A stretch of 56,919 nucleotides of DNA from an uncultured Akkermansia sp. (GTDB lineage Bacteria; Verrucomicrobiota; Verrucomicrobiia; Verrucomicrobiales; Akkermansiaceae): positions 1-56,919 of the forward strand of contig CAYJJA010000003.1 of the NCBI GenBank assembly GCA_964370355.1. The letters run 5' to 3'. The position numbers and the translations under genes are program-made. Shown here piece after piece: positions 29,949 through 39,011 of the stretch. Every line of letters begins with the position of its first letter. The first letter of the stretch is position 1. Under the pieces are notes generated by a model. It was given only the letters and a program-made list of their open reading frames with translations. It searched no databases and was not told the origin of the DNA.

Positions 29949-30155
29949 GATAATTTGTGTAGTTCTATGAATGTTGAGATGTGAAGTCTTATTAAAAAGC
30001 TTGCACTTCAATAGATTACCGATGTTAATTCAGGCTAACAATGCTTTTCTATGTCATAATTAGCTTTTGATCAGCCCAGAAAAATCAGCTTGCGAGAAAA
30101 CTCGCAAAACAGCCCAACCCATCTCGATCTAGAAATGGAAGACTTGTCTTCTCGC

Positions 30156-31022
30156 TTATTTTTTCTTTTTCACATAATAGCGCACATAGTCGATCTCAAA
30201 CTTCACGGGGAATCCCTCACCCGTCGTCGGCTCAGGCCAGGTCCCCTGTCCACCCAGCGCCGTATTCATGATGAGGTAGCAGGGAGTCTTGAGCGGATTG
30301 CCGCCATCGGGATAGTCTGCCTCGGCGGTGTCTATCTTGCAGACTTCTTTATTATCAATGAGGATGCGCATCTGCTTCTCGTCCCATTCAAGGACATAGA
30401 CATGGAATTTATTGCTGTAATTGTTGAACTTGGTCGTGCGTATAACCTTATGCTCTTGATTGGTACCATTCTTCCCCCAGCGCAGGATGGTGTAGTTTGT
30501 ATTGGGCTCTTGGGAGATGGCTTCGAGAATATCAATTTCACCATTGGCAGGCCAGCCGTATTTATTCACATGCATGGTCCAGAGGGCGGGCCAGACACCG
30601 GCGGCCATCTTGGGGACTTTGGCGCGTATTTCCAAGCGACCGTAGGTGAAGTGCTTTACCCCATTGGTCGTCACCGAGCCGCTCGCGTAGGGCTGCTCCC
30701 TGATCTGCGCCCACCAGGCGGGGTTCTTTGGGTCGTAGGTGCTGTTCTTGGTTTTTTTCTTTTTGGAGTGGAGGATGAGCTTGCCTCGACTCACCTGCAC
30801 GCAAGATTTGGTATAGGCTTGCACGGTGCCCTTATTGCGTATCACGCCGAGCTCGTATTTCCATTTCTTGAGGTCGAGCTTGCTGCCGTTGAACTCATCG
30901 CCCCATTCATAGACCCAGCCCCCAGGCAGGGTCTTGGGTGCCTGTTTGTTTTGCGCCTGCGCCGTCGTGCCGATAAGAAGGCCCATGAGACCTAGTAAAA
31001 TGCTTTTTTTGATCATAATCAT
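30156..31022 (-). CDS. GH16 glycoside hydrolase, secreted
   Basis: WGDEFNG, YGRLEIRAK, WPALW, WPANGEIDILE (ExDxxE) and FEIDYVRYY motifs. Confidence 0.92.
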   Translation of the reverse strand: MIMIKKSILLGLMGLLIGTTAQAQNKQAPKTLPGGWVYEWGDEFNGSKLDLKKWKYELGVIRNKGTVQAYTKSCVQVSRGKLILHSKKKKTKNSTYDPKNPAWWAQIREQPYASGSVTTNGVKHFTYGRLEIRAKVPKMAAGVWPALWTMHVNKYGWPANGEIDILEAISQEPNTNYTILRWGKNGTNQEHKVIRTTKFNNYSNKFHVYVLEWDEKQMRILIDNKEVCKIDTAEADYPDGGNPLKTPCYLIMNTALGGQGTWPEPTTGEGFPVKFEIDYVRYYVKKKK

Positions 31023-31091
31023 GATAAAAATAGCAGAAAACTCCCCTCACGTCCATGATCAAATGCCACGAGGCGCAGATTATCGCCTGCG

Positions 31092-32162
31092 CTAGCGGCT
31101 GATATACCAGTCGTAGATGCGCTCTATGCCCTCTTGGATATCGACTCGGTGCTGCCAGCCGAGGCCGTGGAGCTTGCTCACGTCGGTGAGCTTGCGCATG
31201 GTGCCATCGGGCTTGCTGGAGTCAAAGAGGATCTCGCCCGTGTAGGCGAGTGTCTCGCGGATGAGCAAGGCGAGATCGTGTATGCTGATCTCCTTGCCCG
31301 TTCCTATGTTGATATGACAGTTGCGTACCTCCGCTTCGCTACCGCGCATCTGGGAGAAGTCGATGCTCTCCATGATATAGACGCTGGCATCTGCCATGTC
31401 CTCGCTCCATAGGAACTCGCGCATGGGCTTGCCTGTGCCCCAGAGCTCGACGCGCTCCGCGTGTATACCGTAGTGGGCGAGTGTGCTGACGATGAGCTCG
31501 CGGGGGCTGTTGTGGTCGAGCTCTCCTATGGGGAGCAGCTCAAGGTCGTGGAGGATGGCCGCCCAGTCGCCCTCCTTGAGGCAGCGCGCGAGGTGGATCT
31601 TGCGCACCATGGCGGGCAGGACGTGGCTCTTGACCAGATCAAAGTTGTCGTAGGGCCCATAGAGATTGGTGGGCATGACGGCGATGTAGTTCGTGCCGTA
31701 TTGGAGGTTGAAGCTCTCGCACATCTTGAGACCCGCGATCTTGGCGATGGCGTAGGGCTCATTGGTGTATTCAAGCGGGGCGGTGAGCAGCTCAGTCTCC
31801 GCGATGGGCTGATGAGCGTCGCGGGGGTAGATGCAGGTGCTGCCGAGGAAGAGGAGCTTCTTCACCCCATGGCGAAAGCTCTCGCCGATGACGTTTTGCT
31901 GGATTTGGAGATTGTTGTAGATGAAGTCCGCGCGGTAGGTGTTGTTCGCCACGATACCACCGACATGAGCCGCCGCAAGGATCACATACTCGGGCTGCTC
32001 CGCGTCAAAGAAGGCGGCTACCGCAGCTCCGTCCATGAGATCGAGCTCGGCGTGGCTGCGCCCGATGAGGCGCGTGTAGCCCTTGGACTCGAGATTGCGC
32101 CAGATGGCAGAGCCGACGAGTCCGCGATGCCCCGCGATGTAGATTTTGCTATTCTTTTCCAT
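31092..32162 (-). CDS. fcl: GDP-L-fucose synthase
   Basis: AGHRGLVGSA, AAAHVGGI, GSTCIYP, YAIAK and KPDGTMRK motifs; start MEKNSK at 32162. Confidence 0.93.
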   Translation of the reverse strand: MEKNSKIYIAGHRGLVGSAIWRNLESKGYTRLIGRSHAELDLMDGAAVAAFFDAEQPEYVILAAAHVGGIVANNTYRADFIYNNLQIQQNVIGESFRHGVKKLLFLGSTCIYPRDAHQPIAETELLTAPLEYTNEPYAIAKIAGLKMCESFNLQYGTNYIAVMPTNLYGPYDNFDLVKSHVLPAMVRKIHLARCLKEGDWAAILHDLELLPIGELDHNSPRELIVSTLAHYGIHAERVELWGTGKPMREFLWSEDMADASVYIMESIDFSQMRGSEAEVRNCHINIGTGKEISIHDLALLIRETLAYTGEILFDSSKPDGTMRKLTDVSKLHGLGWQHRVDIQEGIERIYDWYISR

Positions 32163-32236
32163 AGTCTTACTAAAAAAGGGGAAGGGGGAGCCCATGTGGA
32201 CTCCCCCTTCGGTGAGGGATAGGTGCTAGGGTGGTT

Positions 32237-33319
32237 TTAGCTCAGCTTGCTGCGCTCTTCGCAGACCTTGCGCACATTGGCCATATCATGCTCCATCATG
32301 ATGCGCACGAGCTCGGGGAAGGAGGTGCTGGTGGGATTCCACCCGAGCACAGTGCGTGCCTTGGTGGGATCACCGAGCAGCTGCTCGACCTCCGCAGGGC
32401 GGAAGAACTTCGGATCGACCTCGACGAGGATCTTGCCTGTCGCCTTGTCGATGCCCTTCTCATCAACACCCTCGCCCTGCCAGTCGAGCTCAATGCCCGC
32501 ATGCCCGAAGGAGAGTGTGCAGAACTCGCGCACCGAGTGCATCTCGCCCGTTGCAATGACAAAGTCCTCGGGCGTGTCATGCTGGAGCATCAGCCACATG
32601 CACTCGACGTAGTCACGGGCATAGCCCCAGTCGCGCAGGGCATCGAGATTGCCCATGTAGAGCTTGTCCTGGAGACCTGCGGCGATGCGGCTCGCGGCCA
32701 GCGTGATCTTGCGGGTGACAAAGTTCTCCCCGCGACGCTCGCTCTCGTGGTTGAAGAGGATGCCATTGACGGCAAACATGCCGTAGGACTCGCGGTAATT
32801 CTTGGTGATCCAAAAGCCGTACTGCTTTGCCACACCGTAGGGAGAGCGTGGGTAGAAGGGGGTGGTCTCACGCTGCGGGACTTCCTGCACGAGGCCAAAG
32901 AGCTCAGAGGTCGAGGCCTGATAGATGCGGCAGCTGTCAATCATGCCTAGCATGCGCACGGCCTCCATCATGCGCAGTGTGCCCACCGCGTCGCATTCGG
33001 CGGTGTATTCGGGGACATCAAAGGAGACCTTCACGTGGCTCTGAGCCGCGAGGTTGTAGATCTCGTCGGGCTTGACCGACTGGATGATGCGTATCAGTGA
33101 GCTGGAGTCAGTCATGTCTCCGTAGTGGAGATGCAGCAGACGCTCGTTTTTCATATCGCGCACCCACTCGTCGAGATAGAGGTGCTCAATGCGCTCGGTG
33201 TTAAAGGAGGAAGAACGGCGAATAATGCCGTGTACTTCGTAGCCTTTGGATAAAAGAAATTCAGCCAAAAATGATCCATCTTGACCCGTGATACCAGAAA
33301 TCAGTGCAACCTTGCTCAT
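32237..33319 (-). CDS. gmd: GDP-mannose 4,6-dehydratase
   Basis: [37 protein letters not shown] and FNHES motifs; start MSKVAL at 33319. Confidence 0.95.
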   Translation of the reverse strand: MSKVALISGITGQDGSFLAEFLLSKGYEVHGIIRRSSSFNTERIEHLYLDEWVRDMKNERLLHLHYGDMTDSSSLIRIIQSVKPDEIYNLAAQSHVKVSFDVPEYTAECDAVGTLRMMEAVRMLGMIDSCRIYQASTSELFGLVQEVPQRETTPFYPRSPYGVAKQYGFWITKNYRESYGMFAVNGILFNHESERRGENFVTRKITLAASRIAAGLQDKLYMGNLDALRDWGYARDYVECMWLMLQHDTPEDFVIATGEMHSVREFCTLSFGHAGIELDWQGEGVDEKGIDKATGKILVEVDPKFFRPAEVEQLLGDPTKARTVLGWNPTSTSFPELVRIMMEHDMANVRKVCEERSKLS

Positions 33320-33473
33320 ATGATGTGTATTGTGTCGTAGTAGTATACTATCCCCCTTGCTTATCAATGCCTCGATGCTTGAGAGCAAAGGATGGGTGGT
33401 GTTGGGAGGAGGCTAGCAGATTTCTCGAATGAGGTCAATTCTTTATTGCCCTAGGGGAAGGCTTAGTAGAGCC

Positions 33474-34499
33474 TCATTTTTTCATTTTGAACCATTCAAA
33501 AAGGTTGTAGAGGAAGGGATGCAGCGTCTGAATCCCCCATGAAATTTGGGAGAGCCCCCGCACCGTGAGTTTAGCACGACGTTGCTTCCAAGTCTTTTGC
33601 CAAAAATAGCCCTGCTCGCGTAGTTGTGCAAAGCGCAGCTCAAAGTGGCGCAGCAAGCCCGCGAGATCCTCTCGCTCTGGCTGCCGTTGGAGCTCGGCGC
33701 GTATCTCTCCTAGAATAGCGTCATGACACGCACAGCCGCGACGGTAGTAATCCTGTGTCGCCTGAACCGCGCGATAAAACTCGAGCGGACCGAGATCCGT
33801 GCGCCGTTCTGCGGATATATTATTCTCATGGCGGCGGTAGTAGAGCATCATGCCATTCTCCACCACGACAAAGGAGCCCAGCATCAGCGCACGCGTGGCA
33901 AACATGGTGTCATCCAAGATCGCACAATGCGCAGGCAAGAGGCCAAAGTGCGTGAAAAGCTCACGCGAGAGCGTCATCATGCCCCCCCACCACTCAAGCC
34001 TATGCACATTCTTATGCGCATCCAAATCCGCAGCCTTGTTGACGACAAAGCGCAGCTGCTCATCGGGCGGATTGACCACCGTATGGGGTAGCCCGCTAAA
34101 GGTCTCGAGGCGTCCCGCGACAGCAACAGCATCGGGGTACTTTTTGATAGTCAGCGCACTCAAGCGAGCACGGTCGGGGTGGAGCACATCATCGCCATCC
34201 ACGCGCATGAGCCAAGGGTGTGAGGCAAGAGAGACGGCGAGATTCATATTCAGCGCGACACGTCCATTTTGCTCTGCTTGGCGATGGATGATGCGATGCG
34301 GGCCCGAGTAGTCCTCTGCCATGCGTCGCATGATCTCATAGGTCGCATCCGTGGAGCGATCGTCACAGAGGATAATCTCGAGCTCTCCCTCATAACGCTG
34401 ATCAAAGGCAGACTGGATCGCCGCCTCTATGAAATTTTCTTGATTATACCCCAAGATGAGAATACTAATCGCAGGCCATGCTGTAGATGAAGATTGCAC
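33474..34499 (-). CDS. GT2 family glycosyltransferase
   Basis: YNQENFI, CDDRSTD, DGDD and YYRRHENN motifs; GTG start 7 nt after a -10 box. Confidence 0.85.
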   Translation of the reverse strand: MQSSSTAWPAISILILGYNQENFIEAAIQSAFDQRYEGELEIILCDDRSTDATYEIMRRMAEDYSGPHRIIHRQAEQNGRVALNMNLAVSLASHPWLMRVDGDDVLHPDRARLSALTIKKYPDAVAVAGRLETFSGLPHTVVNPPDEQLRFVVNKAADLDAHKNVHRLEWWGGMMTLSRELFTHFGLLPAHCAILDDTMFATRALMLGSFVVVENGMMLYYRRHENNISAERRTDLGPLEFYRAVQATQDYYRRGCACHDAILGEIRAELQRQPEREDLAGLLRHFELRFAQLREQGYFWQKTWKQRRAKLTVRGLSQISWGIQTLHPFLYNLFEWFKMKK

Positions 34500-34604
34500 G
34501 CCTTTGAGCCTAGCAGAATACTAATGAGCTGTCAAGGTAGGCACAGGTAGGTATGTCTAATATCCTTGACAGCGCAGAGCCCATTTGATATTCCTTAGAA
34601 GGTC

Positions 34605-36614
34605 ATGAAGATCACTTCACTATTTCTCACCGCATTAATCGGCAGTGCTTGGGCTACAGAAAGCTTTGAGCAGGCTCCTAAAGGCTCCGTAAAGACAATT
34701 GATACAGAATACGGAATGCTCACTGCTGATGCAGGACATGCCGAAATCCTCAAGAACCGTGGACGCACGGGAAAATCCTCCCTACGCGTCCTTGGAGGTG
34801 TCAAAAAAGAGGTCAAGCTCAAGCTCAAAAAGCCTCTGACCAAAGACACCCTCTTCCAAGCCTGGAGCGAACGCTGGACGGGACGCGGGCCTTTTGAAGT
34901 CATCATCTCCGCCCAATCGGGAGGCAAGCGCATAGAGCTCGTCAAGCACACCAAGCAGGGCACAGGCGGCTTTAACCACCAATACAAGCTCACCATCCCC
35001 AAGGGCACGACAGAAATCATCTTCACCGCCAACACCGCTGACGGCGGTGGCGTCATCTTCGATGATGTCGCCCTGCACTCGGGCAAGCAAATTATTAAAA
35101 GCATCACCGTCGAAGACCCCGGCGCCTACCCCATCATGAAGCGCGCCCAAGTCAACGGTGTCATCCGTCTCAACATTGACGCGCAGGGCGCAGAAGGCAA
35201 AGGCATAGAAGGACTCCGCCTCATGGTCAAGCCCGCTGATGCCATCGCCTCACTCAGCCTGCGAGCAGGCGATGCCAATGGCTACAACTTCAACGGTCAA
35301 AAGCCCCTCGCCACCGCTGAGCCCGACGAGAAAGGCTACGTCACCTTCAAAGGCCCCATCACCATCCCCGCAGGCGAGGCCTTCTTCTGGCTGGATGCCA
35401 CCCCTGCCAAGGATGCCAAAGTAGGCGCAGAAGTCACCTTCTCCGACATCATGTGCAAGGCTGGGGGCAAGATCTTCAAAGGCTCGGCCAACATCACCCA
35501 AGACATAGGCTACCTCGTCGCCACCGGCGGTGAGGAGGTCAAGCAGGTCGATGGCAGCATGCGCAAATCGGGGAACTTCCGCATACCTGGCCTCATCGTC
35601 ACCGCCAAGGGCAACCTCGTCGGCGTCACCGATGCCCGCTACAACCACTCTGGTGACCTCTGCGCCGACATTGACGTCGCCTTCATGCGCTCCACCGACG
35701 GCGGTCAGACATGGACGACCCCTGCCGTCAATATGGATATAGGTGTCGGTGCGAACAACGGCTGCGGCGATCCCTGCATCCTCCAAGACAGCAAAGGCCG
35801 CATCTGGGTACAGGCACTAGGCACCCACTTTAGCGGAGGCGCGTCGCTCTTCGTCTCCAAGAAGGGCAACGACCCCAAGACCACAGGCCAGTGGTATATG
35901 ACCTACAGCGACGACGACGGCAAGACATGGACCCAGCCCAGTGAGTATGTGAACCCCACCAAGCAAATCAAGAAAGACGAGTGGGACATCATCCTCGCAG
36001 GCCCTGGTAGCGGCATCACCTTGAAGGACGGCACGATCGTCTTCCCCGCCCAGATCTGGAATCGCGACGCCTCCCCCAATGCCGTCTCCACCATCTGCTA
36101 CTCCAAGGACGGAGGGAAGAACTGGGTCTACGGCACAGGCCTGCCCCGCCGCACCTCAGAGAGCCAGATCGTCCAGCTCAAGGACGGCTCCATCATGATC
36201 AACGCCCGCGACGAGCAGCGCAGCGGCAAACGCGCCGTCTTCATCACCAAAGACCTCGGCAAGACATGGACTCCACACGAGACCAACCTCAAGGCCCTCC
36301 GCGAGCCCGTCTGCCAAGCCTCCCTCATCTCCATCAAGTCCAAGAAATACGGCAATGTGCTGCTCTTCTCCAACCCGAATGCGGGTAGTAGAAAGCACAT
36401 GACCATCAAGTTCTCCCTCGACGAAGGCAAGACATGGAGCAAGGGCTACGAATACGACACCCGCGATGGTGCAGGCTACTCCTCGCTTGCCCTCATCGAC
36501 GAGGACACCGTCGGTGTCTACTACGAGACCTCACAGGGACATCGTGAAAGGGGTCGCGACTTTGGCATCAGCTTCCTACGCATCCCCCTTGCCGACATCA
36601 TGAAGGCAAAATAA
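34605..36614 (+). CDS. GH33 exo-alpha-sialidase, secreted, with N-terminal accessory domains
   Basis: Signal peptide; FRIP motif; Asp boxes STDGGQTW, SDDDGKTW, SKDGGKNW, TKDLGKTW, SLDEGKTW; GYSSL. Confidence 0.93.
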   Translation: MKITSLFLTALIGSAWATESFEQAPKGSVKTIDTEYGMLTADAGHAEILKNRGRTGKSSLRVLGGVKKEVKLKLKKPLTKDTLFQAWSERWTGRGPFEVIISAQSGGKRIELVKHTKQGTGGFNHQYKLTIPKGTTEIIFTANTADGGGVIFDDVALHSGKQIIKSITVEDPGAYPIMKRAQVNGVIRLNIDAQGAEGKGIEGLRLMVKPADAIASLSLRAGDANGYNFNGQKPLATAEPDEKGYVTFKGPITIPAGEAFFWLDATPAKDAKVGAEVTFSDIMCKAGGKIFKGSANITQDIGYLVATGGEEVKQVDGSMRKSGNFRIPGLIVTAKGNLVGVTDARYNHSGDLCADIDVAFMRSTDGGQTWTTPAVNMDIGVGANNGCGDPCILQDSKGRIWVQALGTHFSGGASLFVSKKGNDPKTTGQWYMTYSDDDGKTWTQPSEYVNPTKQIKKDEWDIILAGPGSGITLKDGTIVFPAQIWNRDASPNAVSTICYSKDGGKNWVYGTGLPRRTSESQIVQLKDGSIMINARDEQRSGKRAVFITKDLGKTWTPHETNLKALREPVCQASLISIKSKKYGNVLLFSNPNAGSRKHMTIKFSLDEGKTWSKGYEYDTRDGAGYSSLALIDEDTVGVYYETSQGHRERGRDFGISFLRIPLADIMKAK

Positions 36615-36636
36615 CCCTCATCCCTCGATAACAATC

Positions 36637-37425
36637 ATGAGACACGCACACCTTGCCATCATCGCAATGAGTGCGTGTCTGCTCTTGCAGGCACGCGCTC
36701 AAAACACCCCAGCTCCCCACAGCGAGATTCCTCGCTTTGACATAGCAGCCATCAATCGCACGCTGCTCACAGACAATATTCACAAGGAGCTCCAAATCCT
36801 CCATCAATGCGTCGAGCTGCTCCAGCAAGACAAGCCCGCAGCCCATCAAGCCAAGATTCTTGATAACATTAGTGCGCTCAACACTCTACAATATGCACGT
36901 CCCGTGCTCATTGAGAGAGCCGCCCAAGCCGGTGAGCCCCTCTACCGCTCACTCCGCCCCGACCTGCGCAGCCTCTACGTGCGCCTTGATAGCCTACGCC
37001 GCGAGCTCCAGAAGAGCAAGCCTGTCGAGAATCCCTCCTTCTACGTCATGCTGGAAAAGCTCCCCATCTACGTCATCGACGACGCGACGCGCCTCGCAGG
37101 GCGAGACAAGATGGCTGATCTCATCCAGCGCCTCTTCAAGACCTTTAAAGACCAAGGCGATATCCTCCGCAGCGTCAGAGACAAGGCGAGCGCCCAAGCC
37201 GCCATCGCCTCCATCACCGAGGCACGCGCCCGCCACGCCAAGCTCGAAGCTCTCATCGCACAGCAGGGAGACGTCTACCTGACACGCGAAGACCTCTATC
37301 TCATCCAAAAGCACCACCGCGAAGGCTGGGAGCCCCTGCGTGTGCAAATCCTCCACGACAGCAGACGCATCGAGGTCGAGGACTACTTCGGAGTTCCTGA
37401 GCTCAAGCCCCTGCTGCCACGCTAA
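36637..37425 (+). CDS. secreted helical hypothetical protein
   Basis: Signal peptide; VRDKASAQAAI helical motif; starts 22 bp after the sialidase, likely co-transcribed. Confidence 0.7.
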   Translation: MRHAHLAIIAMSACLLLQARAQNTPAPHSEIPRFDIAAINRTLLTDNIHKELQILHQCVELLQQDKPAAHQAKILDNISALNTLQYARPVLIERAAQAGEPLYRSLRPDLRSLYVRLDSLRRELQKSKPVENPSFYVMLEKLPIYVIDDATRLAGRDKMADLIQRLFKTFKDQGDILRSVRDKASAQAAIASITEARARHAKLEALIAQQGDVYLTREDLYLIQKHHREGWEPLRVQILHDSRRIEVEDYFGVPELKPLLPR

Positions 37426-37464
37426 AGCTACCGACCGCCAAGCAACAAAACCCATTTTCGAGTG

Positions 37465-37502
37465 AAAAAACGCCTCCTCCCCAATCAGGGAAGAGGCGTT
37501 TT
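37465..37502. terminator. bidirectional intrinsic terminator
   Basis: AAAAAACGCCTC...GAGGCGTTTT between convergent genes. Confidence 0.75.
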
Positions 37503-37523
37503 CTATAAAATGGTAGTGAAAGA

Positions 37524-38720
37524 TTAGATCAGACCCAGCTCACGACCCGCCGTGGCAAAAGCCTCGATCGCGCGATCAAGCTGCTCTGTCGTATGCGCCG
37601 CCGACATCTGAGTACGGATACGCGCCTGCTCGCGAGGCACGACAGGGAAGAAGAAGCCCATGGCATACACACCCAGCTCCAGCAAGCGCGCGCTCATCTG
37701 CTGCGAGAGAGCCGCATCTCCTATCATCACAGGCACGATCGCATGACCCGCACCCGCCAGCTTGAAGCCACACTGCTCCATACCACGGCGGAAGTGTACC
37801 GCATTCGCCTGCACGCGCGAGACGAGCTCATTGGACTCCTCAAGCATGTCGATCACCTTGATCGTCGTCGCCGCGATAGCTGGCATGATACTGTTGGAGA
37901 AAAGATAAGGACGAGCCTTCTGACGCAGCTGAGCGACCACTTCCGCAGGACCCGATACGTAGCCACCCGAGGCACCCCCGAGAGCCTTGCCGAATGTACC
38001 CGTCGTGATATCACTCTTGCCAAAGAGACCACAATGCTCATGCGTACCGCGACCCGAGGCCCCGAGCACACCTGTAGCATGCGAATCGTCGAAGTGGACA
38101 ATAGCACCGTACTGCTCCGCGAGCTCATGCACCTTGTCCAGCTGCACCACAATACCATCCATGGAGAAGACCCCGTCGGTAGAGATCAGAATCGTACGCG
38201 CACCCGCGGCCGTGGCTTCCTTGAGCTTCGCCTCAAGATCTGCCATATCATTGTTCGCGTAGCGATAGCGAGCTGCCTTGCAGAGGCGCACACCGTCGAT
38301 GATAGAGGCATGATTCAGCGAGTCGGAGATGATGGCATCTTCCTTGTCCAGCAGCCCCTCAAAGAGACCGCCATTGGCATCATAGCAAGAGCCAAAGAGA
38401 ATGGTGTCCTCCATGCCGAGGAAGGCACTGAGGCGCTCTTCGAGCTGGCGATGCAGGCTCTGCGTGCCGCAGATAAAGCGCACCGAGGCCATGCCGTAGC
38501 CCCAGCGATCAATGGCATCTTTGGCGGCTTGTTCTAGCTCGGGATGATTAGCAAGACCGAGGTAGTTGTTGGCACACATGTTGATAAGCTCCGTGCCGTC
38601 CTGAAGCGTGACGCTCGAGGATTGGGGGGTGGCGATGAAGCGTTCATTTTTGAAGAGACCAGTTGTTTGCAGCTGATCGAGATTAGCGATGAGACGTTGT
38701 TTGAATGCTGGGTTATACAT
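37524..38720 (-). CDS. kbl: glycine C-acetyltransferase (2-amino-3-ketobutyrate CoA ligase)
   Basis: [41 protein letters not shown] and [11 protein letters not shown] motifs; start MYNPAF at 38720. Confidence 0.92.
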   Translation of the reverse strand: MYNPAFKQRLIANLDQLQTTGLFKNERFIATPQSSSVTLQDGTELINMCANNYLGLANHPELEQAAKDAIDRWGYGMASVRFICGTQSLHRQLEERLSAFLGMEDTILFGSCYDANGGLFEGLLDKEDAIISDSLNHASIIDGVRLCKAARYRYANNDMADLEAKLKEATAAGARTILISTDGVFSMDGIVVQLDKVHELAEQYGAIVHFDDSHATGVLGASGRGTHEHCGLFGKSDITTGTFGKALGGASGGYVSGPAEVVAQLRQKARPYLFSNSIMPAIAATTIKVIDMLEESNELVSRVQANAVHFRRGMEQCGFKLAGAGHAIVPVMIGDAALSQQMSARLLELGVYAMGFFFPVVPREQARIRTQMSAAHTTEQLDRAIEAFATAGRELGLI

Positions 38721-39011
38721 AGCGAGTGGGGAGATGTGCTCTGCTCCCATCTTATAGAGGATAAGGCGAGCTGTCAATGAGATTTCTTCCATCGCTTGTC
38801 TGCATGCGAGCTGACCCGCTCTCAGGACTGGGAGCGCGAGCGAGAGCATCCTTTCTCCTAAGCAAAAAATGCGATCGTTATGCGAAAAACTGAATCATTC
38901 TAAAATAAGTAAAAGTTAGACGTAATACGCACGGAATAGATTGACAAGGGATGAATATTAAGTTAATTGTATAACAAATAATCCTAACTAATAGACTCTC
39001 CTCTCTCTCCC

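Noticed and set aside
38995..39011. CT-rich run before the 883-aa gene as a phase-variable repeat
   Set aside because: Short and interrupted; similar pyrimidine-rich leaders precede other genes (e.g. about 52493-52515).
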